Positions 31,739 to 42,845 of a stretch of DNA of 64,000 nucleotides are shown here, one piece after another. Both the position numbers and the translations under genes were made by a program. Position 1 is the first letter of the stretch. Every line of letters begins with the position of its first letter. The notes under the pieces are model-generated. The model did no database searches. It was not told the DNA's origin and was given only the letters and a program-made list of their open reading frames with translations. Source of the stretch: Trueperaceae bacterium (GTDB lineage: Bacteria; Deinococcota; Deinococci; Deinococcales; Trueperaceae); NCBI GenBank assembly GCA_965214405.1, contig OZ243956.1, forward strand, positions 2,496,001 through 2,560,000, written 5' to 3'.

Positions 31739-32017
31739 TCAAAGCGCGTCAATTATTCTGGCCAACCTAATATCTAACTCGCTTGTCCCGCTCACATCGT
31801 GCGTGATTAGGGCGAGGGTGACTCTGTTGTAGACGTTGAAAAACTCAGGGTGATGGTTCATCTTCTCGGCGTGGAGCGCCACCTGGGTCATAAAACCGAA
31901 GGCCTCGACAAAGCTGCCAAAGAAGAACGTTTTATGCAGCTTGCCGTTTTTGTACTTCCAATCAGGAAGGTTGGTTAACGCCACTTCAACCTCTGACGCG
32001 CTCAGTTTTGAAGCCAC
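31739..32017 (-). CDS. Pterin-4-alpha-carbinolamine dehydratase
   Basis: AEKMNHHPE..NVYN.V...L.THD. Confidence 0.92.
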   Translation of the reverse strand: MASKLSASEVEVALTNLPDWKYKNGKLHKTFFFGSFVEAFGFMTQVALHAEKMNHHPEFFNVYNRVTLALITHDVSGTSELDIRLARIIDAL

Positions 32018-32037
32018 ATGTCACTTCCCAGCCGCAC

Positions 32038-32361
32038 TTAGTCTTTGCTTTTGCTCGTTTCGCTCTTACTGGGTTTGGCCTCTGACTTGGCTGCGCCGTC
32101 TGACTTACCCTCAGCTTTGCTCTCGGTTTTGCTCGAGCCCTCCGTCTTGCTCTCGGACGCGCCGCTTTTGCTCTTGGACTCGCTCTTGCGGGAGTCGTTC
32201 ACATAGAAACCCGAACCCTTGAAAGCAATACCGACGGGCTGGACAAGGCGCTTCACGGGCTCGCCCGACTCCGGGTGAACGGTCAAGGCGGGTTCGCTGA
32301 TGCGCTGCGTAAGCTCAAAAGTTTCACCTGTTTTTAGATTCTTATAGACGTAAGTAGGCAC
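32038..32361 (-). CDS. FmdB family regulatory protein (Cys-less zinc-ribbon variant)
   Basis: MPTYVY...FKGSGFYVND with Ser/Lys-rich tail. Confidence 0.85.
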   Translation of the reverse strand: MPTYVYKNLKTGETFELTQRISEPALTVHPESGEPVKRLVQPVGIAFKGSGFYVNDSRKSESKSKSGASESKTEGSSKTESKAEGKSDGAAKSEAKPSKSETSKSKD

Positions 32362-32452
32362 ACGGTCCTCCAGGTTGCCCGACGAAGTTCGTAATGGAGT
32401 TCGTGGTGGGCAAAATCGAGCGTTACTTTATCACGCTTGCTAAGCTGGAGCT

Positions 32453-33475
32453 ATGACGCAGATTGCACATGCCACTCCTACCAAGCTCGCCGTCGTCGGC
32501 GCGGGCGCGTGGGGCACGGTGCTGGCGGTTATGCTGGCGAAAAAGGGGCACAGCGTCACCCTCTGGAGCCGCCGCTCTGAACACGCCGCGGCGCTACGCG
32601 AAAAAGGCGAGAATACCGCGTATCTCCCCGGTGTGGCGCTTCCTCAGAATCTGCACTGCACCGCCGACCCGGTGGAGGCTTTAGACGGCGCACAGGCTGT
32701 TTTTATGGCTGTGCCCAGTAAAGGACTCAGGGAAACTTTGGAGCGCCTGCCGCCCGCCGCCGCCTTTGTCTCATGCGCCAAGGGGCTCGAGGCGGGCACC
32801 TTTAAGCGCCTTACTGAGATCATCTACGAGTATCAGCCTCACGCATCACTGGCAGCGCTCTCGGGTCCCAACCTCGCCAAGGAAATTGCCGCCGGGAAGC
32901 CTGCCGCCGCCACGGTAGCGTCTCGAGACCCTTTTGAAAACGGAACGCTCGCCGCCGCCGTCCAGACGTGGCTGAACGGTCCTTCGTTTCGGGTCTATAC
33001 AAGCTCGGATGTTACAGGCGTGGAAGTGGGAGGCGCGATGAAAAACGTGATCGCGCTGGCGGCGGGGCTCTGTGACGGCTTAGGACTGGGCGACAATGCC
33101 AAGGCGACTATCCTCACGCGAGGGTTAGCGGAAATCGTGCGGCTGGGAACGCACATGGGCGGGCTTCTTCAGACCTTTTACGGCCTGTCCGGGCTGGGCG
33201 ACATGGTGGCGACGTGCTCCAACGCGGGCTCGCGCAACCACACCGCCGGGGTGCGCGTCGCGCGGGGGGCGACGCTCAGCGACCTCGAGGCGGACAAGCT
33301 CACCGCCGAGGGCGTCCCGACGGTGCGGGCGGTGGTCGCGTACGCCGAAAAGGTAGGGCTCAAGCTACCCATCGCCTGCGAAGTCCACGCAGTTATCTAC
33401 CAGGCCAAATCTCCTCAGACAGCTATCCGTGACCTCATGGGCAGAGACGCAAAAGCAGAATGGGAGACGGGATGA
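32453..33475 (+). CDS. gpsA: NAD(P)H-dependent glycerol-3-phosphate dehydrogenase
   Basis: GAGAWGT, LSGPNLA, KNVIALAAG, GLGDNAKA, GLGD...SRN. Confidence 0.95.
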   Translation: MTQIAHATPTKLAVVGAGAWGTVLAVMLAKKGHSVTLWSRRSEHAAALREKGENTAYLPGVALPQNLHCTADPVEALDGAQAVFMAVPSKGLRETLERLPPAAAFVSCAKGLEAGTFKRLTEIIYEYQPHASLAALSGPNLAKEIAAGKPAAATVASRDPFENGTLAAAVQTWLNGPSFRVYTSSDVTGVEVGGAMKNVIALAAGLCDGLGLGDNAKATILTRGLAEIVRLGTHMGGLLQTFYGLSGLGDMVATCSNAGSRNHTAGVRVARGATLSDLEADKLTAEGVPTVRAVVAYAEKVGLKLPIACEVHAVIYQAKSPQTAIRDLMGRDAKAEWETG

Positions 33476-33570
33476 GCACTTTCACGCCACCTCATTGGCC
33501 CCCTCAGTCGGTTTTATTGTAGTCTGGGTGTTGGCGTCACGCCCTAGCATCCCAGCCCGTAGGGAGATCC

Positions 33571-34482
33571 ATGTCCGCGATTTCGGCAACCAATCTGACT
33601 AAACGCTATGGCCGCAAGGCGGCGGTGAACGACATGAGTTTTGAGATTCAGCAGGGCGAGATCGTGGGCTTTTTGGGTCCCAACGGCGCGGGCAAGACGA
33701 CGACGCTGCGGATGCTGGCGGGGCTCATTAGGCCTACGAGCGGCCGGAGCCAAATTTTGGACGGGCGCACCCCCGGCCCGACCTTGCGCGAGGTGGGCAC
33801 GATGATCGAGGAGCCTTCCTTTTACCCCTACATGACGGGCCGCTCCAACCTCAAGCACATCTCGCTCCTCCACGGCGGCGTGAGCGAGGCGCGCATCGAC
33901 GAGGTGCTGCGCTTTGTGCGGATGGAGAACGCGGCGGGCAAGAAACTCTCGGCCTATTCGCAGGGGATGCGGCAGCGGTTGGGCCTGGCGAGGGCGCTTC
34001 TCTGGCGGCCCAAAGTTCTGCTTTTAGACGAGCCCACCAACGGCTTAGACCCCGTCGGCATCGCCGAAATCCGCGAGAACCTGCGCCGCACCGCGCAAGA
34101 AGGCGTGACGATTCTCATCTCGAGCCACATCCTGGCCGAAATCGAGAAGCTTGTCGAGCGCGTGCTCGTCGTCGAGCGGGGTGAGCTGCTTTTTGACGGT
34201 CCTTTACGCAAGCTTACCCAGCACTTAGATGAGGCCGCGATTACTTATCAACTCGAGGCCACCGACACGGACGCGCTCGAAAGCGCGCTCGAGAGTTTCG
34301 GCTATCCTGTAAGCAAGCTCGAGACCGGGCGTTTGCGCGCCACCGTACCCCAAAACGACACGTCCACGCTGCTCTCGCGCCTTGCGGAGAAAAATGTGCA
34401 GGTGCTCGAGGCGCGGCGCGAGGAGGACACGCTCGAGGACGCCTACTTGCGCCTCTTGCGCGAGGACGGCAGGCCGTCGTGA
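33571..34482 (+). CDS. ABC exporter ATP-binding protein (BcrA-like)
   Basis: GPNGAGKTT, YSQGMRQRLG, LDEPTNGLDP. Confidence 0.9.
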   Translation: MSAISATNLTKRYGRKAAVNDMSFEIQQGEIVGFLGPNGAGKTTTLRMLAGLIRPTSGRSQILDGRTPGPTLREVGTMIEEPSFYPYMTGRSNLKHISLLHGGVSEARIDEVLRFVRMENAAGKKLSAYSQGMRQRLGLARALLWRPKVLLLDEPTNGLDPVGIAEIRENLRRTAQEGVTILISSHILAEIEKLVERVLVVERGELLFDGPLRKLTQHLDEAAITYQLEATDTDALESALESFGYPVSKLETGRLRATVPQNDTSTLLSRLAEKNVQVLEARREEDTLEDAYLRLLREDGRPS

Positions 34483-34576
34483 GAATCAACGTGGGGCTTG
34501 GGCGACGTCTCGGCGGGTCAAGTATCAGCAAAAAATCATCAGGACCATCCTTTCGTCTCCCCTTCTCGAGGTGTTC

Positions 34577-35530
34577 ATGACCTTAGCCAACGTGATTCGG
34601 GCCGAGCTGTTCAAAACCTTTCGCAAGCGGCGCACTTACATCCTTGCGGGCTTTATGTGGGTCCTCATTCCCGCGCTGCTGCTGCTCGTGGGCTGGATTT
34701 TGCAGACGCGCGTCGGCGGAACGTTTGTCGACAGCGACGATACCTTCAGCGTCAATCAAGTTGTCGAACTCGTCGCCTCGCCCGCGGCCATCACGCGCAA
34801 CGGGCTCCTGCTCTTGGGCAACCTCTCGCCGAGTTTGTTCATCATCATCGTGTCGCTCCTCGCCGCGCTTTTGATTGGCGAGGAGCGCGCGAACAACATG
34901 TGGAAAACGGTCTTGACCGCGGAGCCGCGCCGCGTGACGGTGCTTACGGGCAAGCTCATCACCGCCATGACGGTGCTGGCGGTGCTCCTGGCGGGGTCGT
35001 ATCTGGCGGGGCCTCTTTTCGGCGGGATAGGGACGCTCTTTTTGCCCACCACCTTTGGGGGGAACTGGCTCGAGCTCTTGGGCCTCTACGGTTTGCAGTG
35101 GCTTTTCGGCCTAGCCGGTGTGCTTTTCGCGTTTCTCATCATCTGGTTTATCCGCAACTTACCTTTAGCCATCGTGACGATTTTTTTCCTGCCCGCGCTG
35201 CTCGAGGGGGCCTACACCTTTTACCGCACGGTGGTCGGTTTTGACCGCCTCAACCGTTTCAACGCGCTCTTGGAAGGGTTGCAGCTTCAGAACACCTTTA
35301 GAGATTTGCCGCAGTATTTCTTTACGTCCAACCTGTACGCGCCCTCGACGCAACCTTTGCGCCAAGTTGCCAGCGTCTTTGGCCTCAACGCGGGCGGCGC
35401 GGACGTGGGGGGTATCCTTTCAGCGCTCACCAATTTGGACCTAGGCCGCTCGGTCTGGGTGATGGCCGTTTACGCGCTTCTATTCGGCGTGTTTCTGTTC
35501 TGGAGTTTTACGCGTAGCGACGTGTCCTAA
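34577..35530 (+). CDS. ABC-2 type permease
   Basis: RAELFK, GEE...WKT.L, GKL, C-terminal F.RSDV. Confidence 0.8.
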   Translation: MTLANVIRAELFKTFRKRRTYILAGFMWVLIPALLLLVGWILQTRVGGTFVDSDDTFSVNQVVELVASPAAITRNGLLLLGNLSPSLFIIIVSLLAALLIGEERANNMWKTVLTAEPRRVTVLTGKLITAMTVLAVLLAGSYLAGPLFGGIGTLFLPTTFGGNWLELLGLYGLQWLFGLAGVLFAFLIIWFIRNLPLAIVTIFFLPALLEGAYTFYRTVVGFDRLNRFNALLEGLQLQNTFRDLPQYFFTSNLYAPSTQPLRQVASVFGLNAGGADVGGILSALTNLDLGRSVWVMAVYALLFGVFLFWSFTRSDVS

Positions 35531-35721
35531 ACCTTGCTTCAAGCTTTTCTGCACCTTGCAGGGTCACCCGTTGCCCCGCTCCTTCTCGCTTTCTCCGCGT
35601 TGTATTTGCGTTGTATGTTTATTCCCTGAAACGCCTTCGGGCGTTGCGACGCTCGCCCCCAGCTTGACCTGAACCCCTCTTTCGGGCCACAATGGACGCA
35701 CCTCGAGCTTTACTGCTCGAG

Positions 35722-35866
35722 CCTCATCAAGAGCGGAAGAGGGACCTGGCCCCGTGACTCCGCAGCAACCAGCTTTCATATAAGCGATTAGGTGACACGT
35801 TTCACCCGGTGCTTCCTCCAGCCGAATTTACAGACCACGATGGTCGCGGGTTCGGGAAGATGAGAA
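35722..35866 (+). ncRNA. SAM-I (S-box) riboswitch
   Basis: ctcATCAAGAG...GAGGGAcctGGCCC..TGA..C.CAGCAACC...GGTGC..TCC...GATGAG; P1 ctcatc/gatgag; lies upstream of metF-metH. Confidence 0.9.
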
Positions 35867-35987
35867 GGCGCAAACGACCTTCTTCAACTACTTTATGAAC
35901 GCTTCTGTGGCGCAACGCCGGAGGGGGTTGGAACGTGATTATCAACTTGTTGGCTATAAATCTACTTGTTACTCGCGTGGTCTATCG

Positions 35988-36890
35988 GTGAGGCTGCTCG
36001 AGCGCATAAAACAGGGCTTTACCGTGACCGCCGAACTCGAGCCCCCACGTGGGAGCAATCCCAAAAAGCTTATCGAGCAGGCGCGGCAAGCCAAACCCTT
36101 CGTCCACGCCGTCAACTTGACCGACGCGCCGATGGCAAACCTGCGCATGAACTCGGTTGTTGCCGCGCACCTTGTAGAAAGGGACGCGGGGGTGGAGGCG
36201 GTGTTCCATTTTACCTGCCGTGACCGCAACATTTTGGCGCTCCAGGCCGAGCTTTTGGGGGCCGCCGCGCTGGGCCTCAAGAACGTCCTCACCCTAACCG
36301 GCGACCCGCCCGCGCGCGGCGACCATCCGGACGCCAAAGGCGTGTTCGAGGTGGACCTTTTGGGGCTTATTGATGTGGTCAGAACGCTAAACTCAGGCTG
36401 CTCACGCGGGCGTGATTTGGACAGCCCGACGGACTTCACCATTATCGCCGCGGCAAATCCCGGTGCTAAAAATTTGGAAATTGAACGCTCAAAGTTTTGC
36501 GCCAAGGTGGAAGCCGGGGCGAGCCTGTTCCAAACGCAGCCGATTTTTAGTGTTGAGGAGGCGTTGCGCTTCCGTGAAGCTTTCGGCGGCAAACCGCCCG
36601 CGCCCGTGCTCTACGGCGTGCTGCCCCTACGCAGCGCCAAGATGGCTCAAAGGGTCGCCAAGTGGTGCAACGTGCCGGAGGCGCTGGTGGAAGGGCTCGA
36701 GCTTGAAGGCGCAGCGGCGGGCCTGCGCTGGGCCAAAAGAACCATTCAAGACCTTAAAGAACTCGGCGCGGACGGCGTTCACCTTTATCCCTTAGGCCGT
36801 ACGGAGGTGGTGCGGGAGGTGCTCGAGCCTCTCACACCCTTGTCCGATTCTACAGCTTCCGACGTGATTCTCGAGCCCCACCCCGCATGA
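35988..36890 (+). CDS. metF: Methylenetetrahydrofolate reductase
   Basis: [32 protein letters not shown]; start uncertain (ORF is open from 35895). Confidence 0.88.
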   Translation: MRLLERIKQGFTVTAELEPPRGSNPKKLIEQARQAKPFVHAVNLTDAPMANLRMNSVVAAHLVERDAGVEAVFHFTCRDRNILALQAELLGAAALGLKNVLTLTGDPPARGDHPDAKGVFEVDLLGLIDVVRTLNSGCSRGRDLDSPTDFTIIAAANPGAKNLEIERSKFCAKVEAGASLFQTQPIFSVEEALRFREAFGGKPPAPVLYGVLPLRSAKMAQRVAKWCNVPEALVEGLELEGAAAGLRWAKRTIQDLKELGADGVHLYPLGRTEVVREVLEPLTPLSDSTASDVILEPHPA

Positions 36891-39800
36891 CGCCCATCCG
36901 AGCCGAATTAGAAAAACGCGTCCTCATCTTAGACGGCGCGATGGGCACCATGATTCAGGATTTGGGGCTCACTGAAGCCGACTTTCGCGGCGCGCGCTTC
37001 TCAAACCATCCCAAAGACCTCCGCGGGGCCAACGATGTTTTGGTCCTCACGCAGCCGGACGCCATTGAGACGATTCACCGCGAGTATCTGGCGGCGGGGG
37101 CGGATATTCTCGAGACGAACACCTTTAACGCTACTTCAGTCGGGCTGGCGGAGTACGGGCTTGACGGGGTGATTTATGAGCTTAACGTAGAGGCCGCACG
37201 TCTCGCCAAACGTGCGGCGGACGCGTTCACGACGCCCGATAAACCGCGCTTCGTCGCGGGCGCGCTGGGTCCCACCAACCGCACCGCCTCCTTGTCGCCC
37301 GACGTGAACCGGCCCGGTTTCAGGGCGATTGACTTCGACGGGCTCGTTGCCACCTATAGCGAGCAGGTGCGCGGGCTCATTGACGGCGGTGTTGACCTTA
37401 TCCTCATTGAGACAGTGTTTGACACGCTCAACTGCAAGGCGGCGCTTTTTGCCGCCGAAAGCGTGATGGCGGAACGGGGCGCGCGCCTCCCGCTCATGGT
37501 CTCGGGGACGCTGACCGACGCGAGCGGGCGCACGCTCTCGGGGCAGACGTTGGGGGCTTTCTGGATCTCGGTCTCGCACGCGGACCTCCTGAGCGTCGGC
37601 CTCAACTGCGCGCTTGGCCCCAAGGAACTGCACGCGTACGTTGAAGAACTCTCCGGTCTAGCGCCCGTGTTCACGAGCGCCTACCCCAACGCGGGGCTGC
37701 CCAACGCCTTTGGCGGCTACGACGAGACGGCGGGGCGGATGATTGAGGTGATGGAGGGGTGGCTTAGGGCGGGTTGGGTCAACATCCTGGGCGGCTGCTG
37801 CGGCACCACCCCCGAGCACATCCGCGTCTTTGCCGAGACCGCCGCCAAGTACCCCCCGCGTGTGCCGCCCGCTGTCCCCGCGTACCCGGCCTTTGCGGGG
37901 CTCGAGCCCCTCGTCATCCGCCCCGAAACGAACTTTGTCAACGTCGGCGAGCGCACCAACGTCACGGGCTCGCGCAAATTTGCGCGGCTCGTGACCACGG
38001 GTGATTTTGAAGGCGCGCTCAAGGTTGCCAGAGACCAAGTCGAGGGCGGCGCGCAACTTATCGACGTAAATATGGACGAGGGGATGTTAAACAGCGAGGC
38101 GGCGATGGTGACCTTCCTAAACCTCGTCGCCGCGGAGCCCGACATCGCGCGGCTGCCCGTGATGATTGACTCGTCTAAATGGGCGGTGTTGAAGGCGGGC
38201 CTAAAACGCGCGCAGGGCAAGAGCGTGGTCAATTCGCTGTCGCTCAAAGAGGGCGAGGGAGTGTTCAGGGAGCAAGCGCGGCTCGTGCGGCGCTACGGCG
38301 CGGCGGTGGTCGTCATGGCCTTTGACGAATCCGGGCAGGCCGACACCTTCGAGCGGCGTATCGGGATTTGCGAGCGCGCCTATCACATCCTGTTGGACGA
38401 AGGTTTCAAGCCCCACGACATCATCTTCGACCCCAACATCTTCCCCGTCGCCACCGGCTTAGACGCGCACAACGCGTACGCGCTCGACTTCTTACGCGCG
38501 GCGGCGTGGATAAAGGCGAACCTGCCGGGCGCGCTCGTCTCAGGGGGCGTTTCCAACATCTCTTTTTCGTTTCGGGGCAACAACAAAGTACGCGAGGCGA
38601 TGCACGCGGCGTTTCTTTATCACGCGGTCCAAGCGGGCATGGACATGGGCATCGTCAATCCGGCGATGCTCGAGATTTACGAGGAAATCCCCCCCGACCT
38701 CCTCACCTTAGTCGAGGACGTGCTGCTCAACCGCTCCCCGGACGCGACCGAACGCCTGTTGGCCTTTGCGGAAACCGTCAAAGGCGACACCAAGCGCGAC
38801 GTAAAGAGCGAGGCGTGGCGCGAGGCGGTGGTGGAGGCGCGGCTCGAGCACGCGCTCGTCAAGGGCATCACCGACTTTATTGAGGCCGACGCCGAGGAGG
38901 CGCGGGTGAAGTGCGGGAGCCCGCTCGAGGTCATCGAAGGCCCCCTGATGCGCGGCATGAACACGGTGGGCGACCTTTTCGGCTCGGGCCGGATGTTTCT
39001 GCCGCAAGTAGTCAAGAGCGCCCGCGTGATGAAAAAGGCGGTGGCGTATTTGCAGCCTTTTCTCGAGGCGGAATCCGCTTTGAGAGGTGCCAAAAAAGTC
39101 CAGCACGCGGGCAAGGTGCTCCTAGCAACCGTCAAGGGTGACGTTCACGACATCGGCAAGAACATCGTCGGGGTGGTGTTGGCCTGTAACAATTTTGAGA
39201 TTATCGACTTGGGCGTGATGGTTCCCGCCACAACGATTTTGGAAACTGCTCGGCGTGAGGGAGTGGACGTTATCGGCCTGTCCGGGCTCATCACCCCGTC
39301 TCTGGACGAGATGGTTCATGTTGCCAAGGAGATGGCGCGGCAAGACTTCAAGCTGCCGCTGCTCATCGGCGGCGCGACCACCTCGCGCATTCATACCGCG
39401 GTCAAAATCGCGCCGCAGTACGCCGGGCTCACCGTCCACGTGCTCGACGCCTCGCGCAGCGTCGGCGTGGTCGCCAGGGCGATAAGTGAGGAGGGGCGCG
39501 GGGGGCTCGAGCACGACACCCGCACCCAGTACGAGGACTTGCGCCGCAAGCACGAAGCCAGAGGCACAGACCGTCACCTCGTCTCCTTGAGTCAAGCGCG
39601 GCGGAACGGTCCCCGGTTCGATTGGACGGACGCGGCCATCACCCCACCGCCCCTCTGCACCCGGCGTTTCGAGGACTACCCGCTTACGGACCTCGTCCCT
39701 TACATCGACTGGTCACCCTTCTTTCTCGCCTGGGAATTGTCGGGGCGCTATCCGCAGATTTTTGAGGATGCGGGGGTGGGGGAGCCCGCTCGAGCCCTCT

Positions 39801-40570
39801 TCGACGACGCGCAAACGCTCCTGACGCGCATGGTTGATGAAAAGCTTCTCACCGCCAAGGGCGTCGTCGGCTTCTATCCAGCCAACAGCGTCGGGGACGA
39901 CTTAGAAATCTATACGGACAACACCCGTCAGAACGTCCGCACCATCCTTCACACCCTCCGCCAGCAGGGCGAAAAACGCGAGGGGCAGCCCAACTTAGCG
40001 CTCGCCGACTACGTCGCGCCCAGGACGAGCGGGATGGAGGATTACCTGGGCGCTTTCGCCGTCACCATCCACGGCGCAGACGCGCTCGCCGCGGCTTTTG
40101 AACGCGACCACGATGACTACAACGCGATTCTAGTCAAGGCCTTAGCTGACCGCCTCGCCGAAGCGTTTGCCGAAAGGCTCCACGAACGCGTTCGGCGCGA
40201 ATTCTGGGGCTACGCGGCGGACGAGCATCTGAGCCGCGACGACCTCATCCGCGAGCGCTACCGCGGCATCCGTCCCGCCCCCGGCTATCCCGCGCAACCC
40301 GACCACACCGAAAAGCGCGCCCTGTTCACCCTGCTGGACGCCGAAGCCACCGGCCTCACCCTCACCGAGAGCTACGCGATGCACCCCGCCGCCGCGGTGA
40401 GTGGCCTCTACTTCGCGCACAGTGAAGCGCGCTATTTTGCGGTGGGCAAGATTCAAAAAGACCAGGTGGAGGACTACGCCGCGCGTAAGGGGATGCGGGT
40501 GGCGGAGGTTGAACGGTGGCTGGGGCCGAATCTGGCGTATGAGCCTGAGGTTATGCTGCTCGAGGTCTAA
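36887..40570 (+). CDS. metH: Cobalamin-dependent methionine synthase
   Basis: [32 protein letters not shown]12 motif, RPAPGYP. Confidence 0.98.
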   Translation: MTPIRAELEKRVLILDGAMGTMIQDLGLTEADFRGARFSNHPKDLRGANDVLVLTQPDAIETIHREYLAAGADILETNTFNATSVGLAEYGLDGVIYELNVEAARLAKRAADAFTTPDKPRFVAGALGPTNRTASLSPDVNRPGFRAIDFDGLVATYSEQVRGLIDGGVDLILIETVFDTLNCKAALFAAESVMAERGARLPLMVSGTLTDASGRTLSGQTLGAFWISVSHADLLSVGLNCALGPKELHAYVEELSGLAPVFTSAYPNAGLPNAFGGYDETAGRMIEVMEGWLRAGWVNILGGCCGTTPEHIRVFAETAAKYPPRVPPAVPAYPAFAGLEPLVIRPETNFVNVGERTNVTGSRKFARLVTTGDFEGALKVARDQVEGGAQLIDVNMDEGMLNSEAAMVTFLNLVAAEPDIARLPVMIDSSKWAVLKAGLKRAQGKSVVNSLSLKEGEGVFREQARLVRRYGAAVVVMAFDESGQADTFERRIGICERAYHILLDEGFKPHDIIFDPNIFPVATGLDAHNAYALDFLRAAAWIKANLPGALVSGGVSNISFSFRGNNKVREAMHAAFLYHAVQAGMDMGIVNPAMLEIYEEIPPDLLTLVEDVLLNRSPDATERLLAFAETVKGDTKRDVKSEAWREAVVEARLEHALVKGITDFIEADAEEARVKCGSPLEVIEGPLMRGMNTVGDLFGSGRMFLPQVVKSARVMKKAVAYLQPFLEAESALRGAKKVQHAGKVLLATVKGDVHDIGKNIVGVVLACNNFEIIDLGVMVPATTILETARREGVDVIGLSGLITPSLDEMVHVAKEMARQDFKLPLLIGGATTSRIHTAVKIAPQYAGLTVHVLDASRSVGVVARAISEEGRGGLEHDTRTQYEDLRRKHEARGTDRHLVSLSQARRNGPRFDWTDAAITPPPLCTRRFEDYPLTDLVPYIDWSPFFLAWELSGRYPQIFEDAGVGEPARALFDDAQTLLTRMVDEKLLTAKGVVGFYPANSVGDDLEIYTDNTRQNVRTILHTLRQQGEKREGQPNLALADYVAPRTSGMEDYLGAFAVTIHGADALAAAFERDHDDYNAILVKALADRLAEAFAERLHERVRREFWGYAADEHLSRDDLIRERYRGIRPAPGYPAQPDHTEKRALFTLLDAEATGLTLTESYAMHPAAAVSGLYFAHSEARYFAVGKIQKDQVEDYAARKGMRVAEVERWLGPNLAYEPEVMLLEV

Positions 40571-40584
40571 TTCGAGCCTACGCC

Positions 40585-41850
40585 TCAATCCACCAGCGCC
40601 CCGTACACCGCGTTCCGAAACTCCTGCACCACCGGATAAAAGCTCGAGGGCATAAACTGCGTCATAAAAATCCCGATAAGCTCCTCTACCGGGTCCACCC
40701 AAAAGGAGGTGGTGGCCGCCCCGCCCCAGCCGTAGGAACCGGGCGAGCCCAGCGCGGCGGACTGGGCCACGTCGACGAGCACGCTAAAGCCGAGCCCGAA
40801 CCCGTAACCGCTAATTTCATCCACGCCAATGCCGATGGGCAAATGGTTCGTGGGCAAATGGTTCATGGTCATCAGCTCGAGCGTCTTGCGCCCCAACAAA
40901 CGCGTTCCGTTCCCCTCGCCGCCGTTGGCTAGCATTTGAGTAAAACGCAGGTAGTCGGTGGTGCTCGAGACAAGCCCGCCGCCGCCCGATAGAAAACTGG
41001 GCGGGAGCCTGAACGGGCTGCGCTCGGGCGGGTCGAGGAGCGACAAAGAAGCGGTCTCGGGTGTTGCGGTTAGGCTCGAGCCGAAGCGGTAGCCCTCGAC
41101 GGGGCTGTACATGGCGGCGAAGCGGTCCAAGTTCTCTTCGGGCACGAAAAAGCCGGTTTCAGCCATGCCCAGGGGCTCAAAGATGCGTTTAGCAAACACC
41201 ATATCGAGGGGTTCCCCGGCCACCACCTCGACCACGCGCCCGAGTACGTCGGTGGCGAGGGAGTAGCGCCACGCGCTGCCGGGGTGGTAGAGGAGCGGCA
41301 GCTCAGCGAGCCGGTCAACCATTTCGGAGAGGGTGACGCCCGCGGCGACGGGCTGCGCCTTGCGGTAGAGGTCTTCGACGGGCGAGTCCTGAAACCAGCC
41401 GTAGGAGAGTCCCGCGGTGTGCCGCATGAGGTCACGCACCGTCATGGGGCGTTCTGGTTTGACGAGCATGGGACCGCCCACCCCAGCGCGCTCGAACACC
41501 TTGGTCTCTCCAAACGCCGGGATGAATTTGGCGACGGGGTCTCCTAAACTTAGCTTCCCCTCCTCAAAAAGCATCATGGCGGCCACGGTGGTCACGGGCT
41601 TAGTCATCGAGTAGACGCGGAAGAGCGTGTCGCGCTCCATCGGCTTGTCAGCCTCCCGGTCACGCTGGCCGTGCGCCTCAAAATGCACCACCTGACCCCG
41701 CCGCGCCACCAGCGTCACGGTTCCGGCAAGTTTACCGCCGTCAACGTAACGCCGCGCGAGGTCGTCCACGCCCGCCAGTCTGCGGGGCGAGAAGCCCAAA
41801 GCTTCGGGAGAAACTGCTTCGAATGCGGTATCAGACGTTGTATAAGTCAT
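40585..41850 (-). CDS. Serine hydrolase, beta-lactamase/esterase family
   Basis: SxxK in YSMTKP, LMRHTAG, PG..WRYS, GGGGL.S, WGGAA. Confidence 0.9.
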   Translation of the reverse strand: MTYTTSDTAFEAVSPEALGFSPRRLAGVDDLARRYVDGGKLAGTVTLVARRGQVVHFEAHGQRDREADKPMERDTLFRVYSMTKPVTTVAAMMLFEEGKLSLGDPVAKFIPAFGETKVFERAGVGGPMLVKPERPMTVRDLMRHTAGLSYGWFQDSPVEDLYRKAQPVAAGVTLSEMVDRLAELPLLYHPGSAWRYSLATDVLGRVVEVVAGEPLDMVFAKRIFEPLGMAETGFFVPEENLDRFAAMYSPVEGYRFGSSLTATPETASLSLLDPPERSPFRLPPSFLSGGGGLVSSTTDYLRFTQMLANGGEGNGTRLLGRKTLELMTMNHLPTNHLPIGIGVDEISGYGFGLGFSVLVDVAQSAALGSPGSYGWGGAATTSFWVDPVEELIGIFMTQFMPSSFYPVVQEFRNAVYGALVD

Positions 41851-41879
41851 AAAGCCCCCTCTTCGAAATTCGCCATAAA

Positions 41880-42845
41880 TCAGATAACGGTGACCTGCGC
41901 GCCGCCTCTTTCCAAACCGAACCGCACCTCTTTGAGGTCGGCGAGCACGCGCCGCACCTCCTCCTGCTGAGCGTTAGGGCAACAGACCATCACAAAGGCG
42001 CTGATTTTCCCCCCCGGAAGCTGCGCGTAAGCGCCCGTCTCGCAGACGCGCTTCGTCACGTCTTTGACGTAGGCGTCTTCAAAGCGGCCCGGCAGGCGCT
42101 GCTTGAGCGTCTGCATCTCGCCGATGATTTCGCCGACGCGCTGCAAGTCGCCTTTTAGGAATGCTTGCTCGAGCCCGTACCCAATCCTCTTAATCTCGTG
42201 CAGCGTCTCGGTTGCCTGGCTCATGTGGCTACTCAGCAAGTCCAATGACGGCTTGCTCTTGGCGTGTCTGCCGCTATAAAAGAAGAGCATCGACGCCTCG
42301 AAGGCCGCCTGCATCTCCGGGCTTAGGGGGATGTCTCGAGGCACAATTTCAGCCCCGTGATACTCGATAAGCTTGAGCCCGCCCAGCGCGCAGATAGAAG
42401 CGTCGTGGTAGCCCGAGGCTCCCTGCAAAATATCCACCTCGATGTGCGACGCTTCCGCGAGTAATTGCGCCTTGCCCACCTCCTCCCCCTTGTACGCGTG
42501 CATCGCGTGGAGCAGCCCCACCGTGAGCGCGCCCGAGGTGCCCAGGCCGCTCTCGCCCGCCAAATCGGCCATAATGACGATGTCGAGCGGACGCTCCTCT
42601 AATCCTGCGAGTTTTACCGCCTCCCGAATGAGGTCGTGCTTGATGTGCGAGACGTCTCGCACTTTCTCGCGCACGTCTTGGTACCTCAGCCGGAAGTAGC
42701 CGCCCAAATTCTCCTTGAGCATCACGTAAACGTACTTGTCGATGGTCGTGCTTACCGTCACGCCGCCGTACCTTTCTGCGTAGCCTTTCAGGTCGGTCAG
42801 CCCGCCCGCTAAGGGAATGCGGAGGGGCGTTTTGGAGACGATCAT
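41880..42845 (-). CDS. GHMP family sugar kinase (HddA/glucuronokinase-like)
   Basis: SKTPLRIPLAGGLTD, ESGLGTSGA, G..D...CALGG. Confidence 0.8.
   Translation of the reverse strand: MIVSKTPLRIPLAGGLTDLKGYAERYGGVTVSTTIDKYVYVMLKENLGGYFRLRYQDVREKVRDVSHIKHDLIREAVKLAGLEERPLDIVIMADLAGESGLGTSGALTVGLLHAMHAYKGEEVGKAQLLAEASHIEVDILQGASGYHDASICALGGLKLIEYHGAEIVPRDIPLSPEMQAAFEASMLFFYSGRHAKSKPSLDLLSSHMSQATETLHEIKRIGYGLEQAFLKGDLQRVGEIIGEMQTLKQRLPGRFEDAYVKDVTKRVCETGAYAQLPGGKISAFVMVCCPNAQQEEVRRVLADLKEVRFGLERGGAQVTVI

Noticed and set aside
40585..41850. Beta-lactam resistance gene
   Set aside because: No signal peptide, and the motifs fit cytoplasmic family VIII esterase-like hydrolases.
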